Position numbers and translations under genes: made by a program. A DNA stretch of 64,000 bases from Candidatus Pacearchaeota archaeon (GTDB taxonomy: Archaea > Nanobdellota > Nanobdellia > Pacearchaeales > GW2011-AR1), in assembly GCA_016866955.1 (NCBI GenBank), contig VGKT01000002.1, forward strand, positions 16,072-80,071, given 5' to 3'. The notes under the pieces are model-generated. The model searched no databases. It worked only from the letters and a program-made list of their open reading frames with translations, and had not been told where the DNA came from. Position 1 is the stretch's first letter. Each line of letters opens with the position of its first letter. Shown here in pieces: positions 39,577 to 48,140 of this stretch.

Positions 39577-41445
39577 TTAGGAATGTATATCTTTAGTGCT
39601 ATGAAAAACAATATATAACAATAGAACTAATCCGATTAAACTTAGTATCCGACCAATATAATTAAAGATATTATATGACTGATAAAATTCTATGCCTTTA
39701 GAATAATAATCTGGAGTAGCGGACATCATTCCAGGACCTATTATTTCAATAGGAATCTCTTTTTTAGATATAATATCTCTAGCTTTCCAAGAAGAATGAT
39801 AAAATTCTTTAAATATTACTTTTCCTTTTTCAGAACCATTTAGATAAACAATAACCAAATCTGGATTTTCTCTCTCAAACAAATAATTTAACTCTGCAAT
39901 GTTATTTGAATAAGAAATTATAGATTTTTTATTTAAATATTCATAAATATTCTTTGTAGAATCAAAAAAATCAATTGAGTTGACCTTCTTAAATAATAAA
40001 TTAGCACTTTCGAATTTCTTATCTGCTAAACTATCATTATTTACTTCTATATGACTTACACCAAACCAATCAAGATAATATAATGTTGAATTTAAATCCG
40101 AAGAACCCCATATCGAATCAATAAAATAAAAAGTATAATTTTGAAAAACTATTCCTTGATCATAATATCCTGAAATTTGACTCTGTCCAGGATAAAAGAA
40201 ATTCATCGCTTTTGCACTATAACCTACTGCTGCAAATCTATAATTATTAAAATTATTATTCATGGATAAATTATTATTTTCAAAATTATCCCAGAATACT
40301 CCAAAATTACTATCCCAATATTCATGACTATAATTATTGTTATTATCTCTTATAGCCTGATAACTCCAAATTAGCCCTAATATCAATATTAATATAACAA
40401 TTATTTTTAGATATTTTATATGATTAAATTTATTTAACATAATACCTAAAGAAATACAAATAATAACTGCTAAAAGAAAAATAAATCTTGCAGATTCTAT
40501 TCCAGCAGGATAAAACTTTCCAAGACCTCCCGATAATAAAAATAAAGAGATAATTCCAGCAGCAATTAAAAAGTTTAATATTTTATCTTTTCTTAAAAGT
40601 TTAAATCTATAAGCATAAACAAAAATAATACATAAGAATAAAGAAAATAATACCCCTATAGAACCGCCGTAATGACCCCATCTGAAAGTCTCATTGACTC
40701 CTAAAAAAGATATAAAACTAGGAATATAATTCATCTCTTTTGCTATATAACTTGAAGATTTTAATAAGAAAGGAATTAGCCAACATGAAGAAATAAGAAT
40801 ACCTGGAATTACAAACTTTATTATATATATAAGTTTATTATAAATATTTGAATTAACAAATAAGATTCTAAGAGATAAAATAAAAATAACACATAGGCCT
40901 GTGAATATATGACTTAATATAGAAATTGCAATAATAGGTGCAAGCAATAAAGAATATTTAGGTTTTGAAAAAGAATATTCTAATAATAACATAGAAATAG
41001 GAATAGTCCATAGAGAAAACATAAATGGATAATTTCCAACGGCTATAAAATAATAAGAATTTGCCAATACAGTTAAAAAAAAGAGTGAAGAAATAAGAGA
41101 ATTAAGTATATTTTTAATATAATAATTTAACAAAAAGAAAATACCCGATGTAGTTATAACTATACTTAAAAAACACAAAATAACACTACCAAAAAATAGA
41201 TCATTAAACATATTTAATAAATAATAAAATAAAGGAGGATAATATTGTAATAATGGGCCTCCAGAATACCATGCATAATTCCAACTAGCTCCTGGAAAAG
41301 ACTGCATATATTTAACTTTACTCAAGTGTCCTAATGAATCTAGTCCGATAGGATGATTTGTGTTCAAAACAGGATAAAATAATATAAAACTTACTAAGAT
41401 TATTATTAAAGCAGAATAAAAATTGTTTAATTTGAAAAAGTCCAT
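39577..41445 (-). CDS. polytopic membrane protein, putative GT-C-fold glycosyltransferase
   Basis: About 14 TM helices followed by a C-terminal soluble domain. AT-rich. Architecture resembles PMT/ArnT/AglB-type GT-C enzymes. No catalytic motif verified. Confidence 0.5.
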   Translation of the reverse strand: MDFFKLNNFYSALIIILVSFILFYPVLNTNHPIGLDSLGHLSKVKYMQSFPGASWNYAWYSGGPLLQYYPPLFYYLLNMFNDLFFGSVILCFLSIVITTSGIFFLLNYYIKNILNSLISSLFFLTVLANSYYFIAVGNYPFMFSLWTIPISMLLLEYSFSKPKYSLLLAPIIAISILSHIFTGLCVIFILSLRILFVNSNIYNKLIYIIKFVIPGILISSCWLIPFLLKSSSYIAKEMNYIPSFISFLGVNETFRWGHYGGSIGVLFSLFLCIIFVYAYRFKLLRKDKILNFLIAAGIISLFLLSGGLGKFYPAGIESARFIFLLAVIICISLGIMLNKFNHIKYLKIIVILILILGLIWSYQAIRDNNNNYSHEYWDSNFGVFWDNFENNNLSMNNNFNNYRFAAVGYSAKAMNFFYPGQSQISGYYDQGIVFQNYTFYFIDSIWGSSDLNSTLYYLDWFGVSHIEVNNDSLADKKFESANLLFKKVNSIDFFDSTKNIYEYLNKKSIISYSNNIAELNYLFERENPDLVIVYLNGSEKGKVIFKEFYHSSWKARDIISKKEIPIEIIGPGMMSATPDYYSKGIEFYQSYNIFNYIGRILSLIGLVLLLYIVFHSTKDIHS

Positions 41446-42494
41446 ATCTTATTACCTATAAAATTTAATATGAATGAAAACCCAATAGCTATAATCTGTG
41501 AAATTAGGTAATAAACTCCTAAAAGTTCGGTAAATGAATATAATACTGCTAAATTAATAATAAGAGCACAAATACTCACAATCAAAAATTTATAATATTT
41601 CGATAAAATCTTATATTTAATGCTTTCATTGAAAGTTAATACCTTATTTAAAATAAAATTACTTGAAGCCGCTAAAAAGAAAGAAAGAATAGCTGAAAAT
41701 ATATAATAAACTCCTAAAAGTTCAGTAAATGAATATAATACTGCTAAATTAATAAATGTGCCAATTAATCCGACTAAAGAAAATTTAATGAATTTACCGG
41801 ATAGATTTCTATGAGAAAAAATATAACTTGATAGGTTTCTAAGATAATAAATAATCTCTTTTATTCCTGCCTTACTCTTTCCATGAACGCGATTAGTGAA
41901 AATTATAGGTACTTCTTTAATTTTAGAATACTTGGCTTTAACAATAATCTCCAATAAAATCTTAAATCCCTTTGGATTAATTTTTATCCCATTTAAACAT
42001 TCTTTTTTTATCATAAAAAATCCAGACATTGGATCTTTAATGTTAGTAAATACTCTGGCCAAAAAAGTTGCTCCCTTAGAAAGAATTTTTCTATAATTTC
42101 CCCAACCAACTATATTTCCTCCTTTGACATACCTACTACCTATAACAATATCAACATCTTCATCTTTTATTAAAGAGTACATTTTATTTATGCTATCAGA
42201 AGGATGACTCAAATCCGCATCCATAACTGCAAGCACTTTGCTTTTTGATATTTTAAAACCTGCTAATACTGCTGAAGAAAGCCCCAATTTTCCAGTTCTA
42301 TGTATAACTCTAACTTTCTTATCTTTCTTTGATATATAATCTAATAAATCGCCAGTACCATCAGGAGAGTTATCATCAACTATAATGATTTCCCCATTTA
42401 TTCTATTTTTATTGAACTTTTTTTTTAAATTATTTATTAGAATAACAATATTCTCTTTCTCATTATATGTGGGAATTACGACTGATAAATCCAT
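41427..42494 (-). CDS. GT2 polyprenol-phosphate glycosyltransferase (DPM1-like) fused to a GtrA-like domain
   Basis: VVIPTYNE, DDNSPDGT and DADLSH motifs. The C-terminal 4-TM GtrA-like module has an internal repeat (NLAVLYSFTELLGVYY twice). Confidence 0.8.
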   Translation of the reverse strand: MDLSVVIPTYNEKENIVILINNLKKKFNKNRINGEIIIVDDNSPDGTGDLLDYISKKDKKVRVIHRTGKLGLSSAVLAGFKISKSKVLAVMDADLSHPSDSINKMYSLIKDEDVDIVIGSRYVKGGNIVGWGNYRKILSKGATFLARVFTNIKDPMSGFFMIKKECLNGIKINPKGFKILLEIIVKAKYSKIKEVPIIFTNRVHGKSKAGIKEIIYYLRNLSSYIFSHRNLSGKFIKFSLVGLIGTFINLAVLYSFTELLGVYYIFSAILSFFLAASSNFILNKVLTFNESIKYKILSKYYKFLIVSICALIINLAVLYSFTELLGVYYLISQIIAIGFSFILNFIGNKIWTFSN

Positions 42495-42527
42495 AAGAAA
42501 GATAATAAAAAAAATAGCTTTTAATAC

Positions 42528-43208
42528 TTAACTATTCAATTCATTATTTAATACAAGATATTGTTCAGAATTTTTTAGCTCATCAATTCCTTTCAAAACT
42601 GCTTTTTCATTGATTATTACTGAAGGATAATCTGTAATATTGTAAAATTCCATTAACAAATCTAATGACTTTATATCTAAATCTGCAGCAATAGGAATTA
42701 AAACAATATCATCAGGATATTTATTATCTAAGTCCACTAAATAATTACTTATTCCGCCTTGAATACCTTTAGTTACAATTGAAGGATTTCTATATTTATA
42801 CAAATAAACTATTGTATTAATTTTTAGCCCACAATTTTTCTTCTGATTGATATAATTTTCCCAAAGTAGAATTCTCAATAAATCATACCTTTTATGAAGA
42901 TTTATTAAATCAGGAGTTATCTTATTAGAATTATCATATTTTTCCAATTTAACTGCAGTCTTATAAACTTCTTCATTTAAATCATAAACAACCTTAGACT
43001 TCTCCTTGCAACTTAAATTATGGTTGTTTAATATATCAAAAGAATATCCAATATCAGATACCGATATTTCATAGTCATAATACAAGTCAGAAATAGCACT
43101 AACCCTATTATTTTCATAATATGTTCCAAACAAAAGACCTACTCCAAGTAAAAATACTGCAATCAATATTGCTTCTAAAAATACTAGCTTATTGAATAAA
43201 GTTACCAT
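42528..43208 (-). CDS. hypothetical membrane-anchored protein (glycosylation island)
   Basis: N-terminal TM. AT-rich. Overlaps the upstream GT2 gene. Confidence 0.4.
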   Translation of the reverse strand: MVTLFNKLVFLEAILIAVFLLGVGLLFGTYYENNRVSAISDLYYDYEISVSDIGYSFDILNNHNLSCKEKSKVVYDLNEEVYKTAVKLEKYDNSNKITPDLINLHKRYDLLRILLWENYINQKKNCGLKINTIVYLYKYRNPSIVTKGIQGGISNYLVDLDNKYPDDIVLIPIAADLDIKSLDLLMEFYNITDYPSVIINEKAVLKGIDELKNSEQYLVLNNELNS

Positions 43209-44434
43209 TTTTGATCCTTTACAACATACCTATAGATAGATACGACCCATACAATAGGATATATCATAAGATAAATAAGGGTATAAAAAACTATCCTTGA
43301 AAATACTTTAAAAGATAACTTTTTCATATAGCCTGTTTTTATCAGAATAAATCTATAATATATCATTGAAGAGATAAACAATAAAATCAAATAAAATATA
43401 ATTACTGAAGGATAATAATTGAAGAGATTGAAATGAAATAAACTAGCACCTAAAGATGAAGAATAAATTAAAGTTAAAATTGATGAAAATAATTGTTTCA
43501 TTAATAAGTATAATGAAAAAAAGAATCCAAATAAGCTTAAGAAAATACTAAGAGAGACAAAAGGCAAAACAAACACTCCAAACATTCCTTTTTTGAAGAA
43601 TATTGAACGATATTTGAAGAGTGCTTGCAAACCTCCTAATCCCCATCTAGTTCTCTGTCTAAACCATTGTTTGAAAGTAGTAGGAACGATAGTAGATACT
43701 CTAGCATCCAAGCACATACCGGTTTTATAATTATGACTCAATAAATTCCAAGTTATATCTATATCTTCAGTTATACTAGTTGGATCAAATCCACCCACTT
43801 TTTTAACATAAGTTTTTCTATAAACACTTAAAGGCCCATTAGTTACATAAACAGAATCTATAAAATCTAATAATTTTCTTGTCCAGCCCATTAGTAAGTA
43901 CTCAACTGCTTGAATCTTTGATAAATAATTATTATCAGAATTTCTAGCGCTTACAAAAGAAGTAACTGCAGACATTCTAAAATCTTCAAAATATCCCACT
44001 ATTTTTTTCAATGAATCTTTTGAAGGAAAACTATCTGAATCTACCACTGCAATTAATTCTCCATTTGCTAATTTTATTCCCTTGTTTAAAGAATCAGCTT
44101 TTCCTGAGTTTGGTTTATCTAATAATATAACCTTCTTATATTTAGAAACATATTTTTGAATAACTTTCTTTGTCCCATCTTTACTGCCATCATTAATTAC
44201 TATAATTTGTATTTTATCTTTAGGATAATCTAAATCCAATAAATGATCAATTGTATTTGCAATACTATCTTCTTCGTTATATGCAGGAACTAAAAAACTA
44301 ACAGAAGGATAATTTTTAACTGGAGGAGAATAAAATAATAATTTTCTATTCTTGATAAACAATATGACAAAAAAAGCAAACATTATGATTGCAATAAACA
44401 TTAAACCAAAATAAATCCTTATTATTAACTCCAT
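43202..44434 (-). CDS. processive GT2 glycosyltransferase (chitin/cellulose/hyaluronan-synthase-like)
   Basis: VPAYNEE, DSDS (DxD), TEDID and QRTRW (QxxRW) motifs with C-terminal TM helices. Confidence 0.75.
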   Translation of the reverse strand: MELIIRIYFGLMFIAIIMFAFFVILFIKNRKLLFYSPPVKNYPSVSFLVPAYNEEDSIANTIDHLLDLDYPKDKIQIIVINDGSKDGTKKVIQKYVSKYKKVILLDKPNSGKADSLNKGIKLANGELIAVVDSDSFPSKDSLKKIVGYFEDFRMSAVTSFVSARNSDNNYLSKIQAVEYLLMGWTRKLLDFIDSVYVTNGPLSVYRKTYVKKVGGFDPTSITEDIDITWNLLSHNYKTGMCLDARVSTIVPTTFKQWFRQRTRWGLGGLQALFKYRSIFFKKGMFGVFVLPFVSLSIFLSLFGFFFSLYLLMKQLFSSILTLIYSSSLGASLFHFNLFNYYPSVIIFYLILLFISSMIYYRFILIKTGYMKKLSFKVFSRIVFYTLIYLMIYPIVWVVSIYRYVVKDQKW

Positions 44435-44439
44435 ATTTA

Positions 44440-45027
44440 TTACTTAACTCCTTCTGAAATATTTTCTTTATTTTCCTCTATTACCTCTTCTTGATCGTCA
44501 TCTCTGCCTTCTCCTTCATTGACTTCTTTTCCGGAGTCTGCATGGAAATATTCATGAAATTGCGCACTCAAACTTAATTCATTCGTATGCCCCATTTTCT
44601 TTTTTACTAATAAACCCATAGCAACAAATCGCTTAATATGATCATAGGCCTTATTTCCCCTGATTTTAACAAGAACCGATTGTTTCATCGGTTGTTTATA
44701 GGCAATAATAGCCAAGGTTTCTTGTTCAGCTTTACTAAATTCACTGTTTCCGGTAGCTAAAGTATTAACCAAAGTCGCATATTCTGGAGCAACATCCATT
44801 TTCCATAAATCCCCCTGTCGCACTACACGAATACCTGAACTAGCATACGCATCAGTTAAATCATTCAAAATTTTCTTTAACAGCAAAGGATTCACATCAG
44901 TTAAAGCAACCAATTCAGTAATGGTCATATATTTACCCGCAATAAACAAAGCAGCTTCGACTTTACGCTCTGCTTCATGTGCATGGGCATCATCAACTTC
45001 TTCTACACTCATACGAGAAAGGTCCAT
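44440..45027 (-). CDS. scpB: segregation and condensation protein B
   Basis: Tandem wHTH ScpB pattern (KVEAALFIAGKYMTITELVALT...) and an acidic C-terminal tail. Confidence 0.65.
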   Translation of the reverse strand: MDLSRMSVEEVDDAHAHEAERKVEAALFIAGKYMTITELVALTDVNPLLLKKILNDLTDAYASSGIRVVRQGDLWKMDVAPEYATLVNTLATGNSEFSKAEQETLAIIAYKQPMKQSVLVKIRGNKAYDHIKRFVAMGLLVKKKMGHTNELSLSAQFHEYFHADSGKEVNEGEGRDDDQEEVIEENKENISEGVK

Positions 45028-45056
45028 AAAAAAGAGAAGGGAAACCGCTTTTAAAA

Positions 45057-45626
45057 CTATACGCCTGAGTCAATCAATAAAGTCTCAATAATTCCTGCAA
45101 TCAAAAGAAGAGGCAAGATGACGCATACAAAAGTAATCAAAGAAGTGCGTAACATTAAACTAAAGGTCTCTTTCCTACGAACGCCACTTAAAGAAAGCAA
45201 TACTGAGATACTTTCTACTCCTAATCGCAGACCCAAAGCCAAAGCTATAAACAAAGCAGGTAATTCAAAAACACCATGAGGTAATAAACGCCACATTGCT
45301 CCGAATCCTTCTTTCGCACTAACCAAAGCTGCAACATATCCCAGAATACTTCCATTCAAAAATACAATACCTAACGGTAACAAACCAAAAAGAATACCCC
45401 CGATCATCCCAATGAAAGCAGCTTGAAAATTATTAAGAAAAATAAAATAAAACAAATCAAAGCCCTCTAACGTGCTCGCTTGAGTAAATAATTTTTCTAA
45501 ATAAGGATCAAATCCAGTAAAGAGAGAAGGAACAAAAAAAGCAATCAAAGCAGAACAGAAGAAAAGAGCAATAACAATACCTACGTAAAGTTGTAATGAA
45601 AGAAGAGACGAACGAAGAGAAATCAT
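45057..45626 (-). CDS. SpoIIM/DUF95-family membrane protein
   Basis: Multi-TM protein with a LLPHGVFELPALFIALALG segment typical of the family. Confidence 0.55.
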   Translation of the reverse strand: MISLRSSLLSLQLYVGIVIALFFCSALIAFFVPSLFTGFDPYLEKLFTQASTLEGFDLFYFIFLNNFQAAFIGMIGGILFGLLPLGIVFLNGSILGYVAALVSAKEGFGAMWRLLPHGVFELPALFIALALGLRLGVESISVLLSLSGVRRKETFSLMLRTSLITFVCVILPLLLIAGIIETLLIDSGV

Positions 45627-46441
45627 TTGAAAAACTTCCTTAACAACGCAATTTTATTAGGGTAGTATAATCGCAAAATAAACCCATAAAGTAACCCTAC
45701 CACAAGTCCCCCAAAATGTGCCGTATTCCCAATTGGTAAGGGAAAAAAGAAGCTAATGATTACCAGTGGAACGATTGCCACAACTGGGGCCCATGCCAAA
45801 GGTAATGCAAGAGGAAGGGCATATCTCTGCCAACGTGCATTAAACGTAAACATACTTACCAACATGCCAAGAAGAAGTATATTCAAAAGAAATTGCACAA
45901 AAGGAACAGGATATAATTCATCAACCAAAACCTGTGCAATAAAAACTAATAATGGCCCCGCAACCAAATAAATCTTATGTCGTGGAATAAGCACCGCCAT
46001 AACACCCAACAAACCAAATAACGCCCCTGATGCTCCTGCCGCATACGTATCAAGTCCTCCAAAAATCCAATCACCACGAGGAAGAGAAGAACCAATACCC
46101 GCACCAATAGCAAAAAAGGCAACGGCAACAACACCAGAAATAAAGTATAAGCTCAGAAAACGTCGTTTACCAATAATTCGTTCACAAAAAGCTCCTAAAA
46201 AGAACAACGTAAACATATTAACAAATAAATGAAAGAAACTTTGATGCATAAACATACTAGTAATAATCGTCCAAAGATGTTCTCCCCCCAATAATGCTCG
46301 AGGTTGTGCTTCGATCATTCCAATATCCAAAATACCTAATCGAATGAGAAAAGAAAAAAGAAAAAAGAAAAAGACGTTTGCACAAATTAACCAAAACGTA
46401 GCTCCAATATGCTTAAACAAAGAAAAAGGAAATTGAGACAT
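45623..46441 (-). CDS. rhomboid-family intramembrane serine protease
   Basis: TSMFMHQSFFHLFVNM, catalytic GASGALFGL (GxSG) and downstream AHFGGL histidine. Confidence 0.7.
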   Translation of the reverse strand: MSQFPFSLFKHIGATFWLICANVFFFFLFSFLIRLGILDIGMIEAQPRALLGGEHLWTIITSMFMHQSFFHLFVNMFTLFFLGAFCERIIGKRRFLSLYFISGVVAVAFFAIGAGIGSSLPRGDWIFGGLDTYAAGASGALFGLLGVMAVLIPRHKIYLVAGPLLVFIAQVLVDELYPVPFVQFLLNILLLGMLVSMFTFNARWQRYALPLALPLAWAPVVAIVPLVIISFFFPLPIGNTAHFGGLVVGLLYGFILRLYYPNKIALLRKFFK

Positions 46442-47154
46442 TAGCGTTTCTTTTTAGATTTAGATGAACCAAATAATTTTTTGACATTACCTTTCATACG
46501 TTTCAATAATCCCTTTTCCTTCAAACGTTCTTTTGCTCGTATAGCACGTTTCACTGCACGTTCTTTAGCCTTCTTACGCACGTCTGCTTTAATTTTACGT
46601 TGGCGTACTTTCTCATCAGCAACTTGTACAGTATCCAAATGTGCACTCACTTTATTCAATGTTGCTTGTACCTTAGCCAATTCTTTTTCAAGTTCAGCAA
46701 TCACCGGAGTAGTGTCACGTAATGTCAATACTTCACCACATTCAGCACATACATAATCTTGCAATAGTGCTTGATCTTCAGTTAAATGCACTGCACAATG
46801 AGCACAAGTATAGAATCGACCAGTCTTTTGTGAATGTATTTGTTCTTGTAACGAAGTTTGTTGTGTTATCAATGAAGTTTGATAGGATGCAATACTCTTA
46901 GAAAGACTGAGGGTCCAGAAATAAGTATACCATCCTCCCTTTTTTGCATCTTTTTTACGAATAAAACTAACCAATCCTGCATCGGCAAGACGATACAAGA
47001 TATTACGTGTTTGATTAATAGTTAGTTTCAATTTCTTTGCAATAAGAAATTCATTTACATTTTTCTTTTCATAAAGAGAATCAACTACTCCGAGAGCTGG
47101 AGGACCAACCAATGCAGAAAGAATCGTTTTAAGAAGGGGACGTAAATCGGTCAT
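46441..47154 (-). CDS. tfe: transcription factor E alpha (TFIIE-alpha homolog)
   Basis: N-terminal wH, zinc ribbon CAHC...CAEC and a basic C-terminal extension. Confidence 0.7.
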   Translation of the reverse strand: MTDLRPLLKTILSALVGPPALGVVDSLYEKKNVNEFLIAKKLKLTINQTRNILYRLADAGLVSFIRKKDAKKGGWYTYFWTLSLSKSIASYQTSLITQQTSLQEQIHSQKTGRFYTCAHCAVHLTEDQALLQDYVCAECGEVLTLRDTTPVIAELEKELAKVQATLNKVSAHLDTVQVADEKVRQRKIKADVRKKAKERAVKRAIRAKERLKEKGLLKRMKGNVKKLFGSSKSKKKR

Positions 47155-47253
47155 CGAGGAGCGTGTAAAAGTCTGTTAAAAAAGCTTTCGTGAAATTGTA
47201 ACCATTCTATAATGAATATAAACCTATATAAATGAATTTAGAAAATTGACATA

Positions 47254-47751
47254 ATGTTCTGGAATAAAAAAGAAGAAGAAAAGAAAGCCCTTCCAGATTT
47301 ACCTCAAACTCCTAGTTTTAGCGTTCCGAATGATATCCCAACACGCGCACTCCCTCAATTCCCCGAACATCCCCAACTCCAACCTACTTCTTCTTTCCAC
47401 GATGATCTTGAAACAGTACAAATCCATCCCTCCACACAACCGCGCACCACAGAATTTGGAGGTTCTTCATTTCAAGCACCTACCCTCACTCAACAAGCAA
47501 CACCAGAATATAAACCAAGTGCAATAAAAACAAAACAAGAAGAAGTCTTCGTAAAATTAGATAAGTTTCAATCAGCACGTAAAGCGTTATCGAGTGCGCA
47601 ACATCAAATAGAAGACATTGCAGGAACACTCAAACGCATACGCGAAACAAAATTGCGCGAAGAACAAGAACTTGCGTCCTGGGAAAAAGAAGTGACAACT
47701 GCAAAAACAAAGATAGATGAAATAAACGCCATGTTATTTGAGAAACTCTAA
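47254..47751 (+). CDS. hypothetical Pro/Gln-rich coiled-coil protein
   Basis: Leaderless start 21 nt after the TATATAAA box. No family recognised. Confidence 0.4.
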   Translation: MFWNKKEEEKKALPDLPQTPSFSVPNDIPTRALPQFPEHPQLQPTSSFHDDLETVQIHPSTQPRTTEFGGSSFQAPTLTQQATPEYKPSAIKTKQEEVFVKLDKFQSARKALSSAQHQIEDIAGTLKRIRETKLREEQELASWEKEVTTAKTKIDEINAMLFEKL

Positions 47752-48095
47752 TGACTGCTGAATATATACGTTTTGCTCAGCAGGAGGCAGTACAAGGACA
47801 AAAGAATTTACTTGAATCACAAGTACATCTGCTTCAAGGATTAAAAAAATTCAAAGCTTATCGTCTCCTTCGTGCAGAAGAACTTCGTCTCAAAATTCAA
47901 TTAAAACAACAATATGATGCACTTATTGAACAGCTTGACATTCTAAATCGTATTCTCCCTCAAACTGAATTCAAACCAACTCCTCAACCAAAACAAATAA
48001 CAAAACAAGAACGAGAAGTATCTCCAACAATACAAGAACACTCTCTCGAAGATGAACTTGCAGCAATTCAACGTAAACTACAATCGCTCAAATAA
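47751..48095 (+). CDS. hypothetical coiled-coil protein
   Basis: ATGA overlap with the previous gene. Predicted coiled coil. Confidence 0.4.
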   Translation: MTAEYIRFAQQEAVQGQKNLLESQVHLLQGLKKFKAYRLLRAEELRLKIQLKQQYDALIEQLDILNRILPQTEFKPTPQPKQITKQEREVSPTIQEHSLEDELAAIQRKLQSLK

Positions 48096-48140
48096 GTAAG
48101 CTAACAAAAACTTCTTATACCACTTCCGCTCAAAAGCAGT

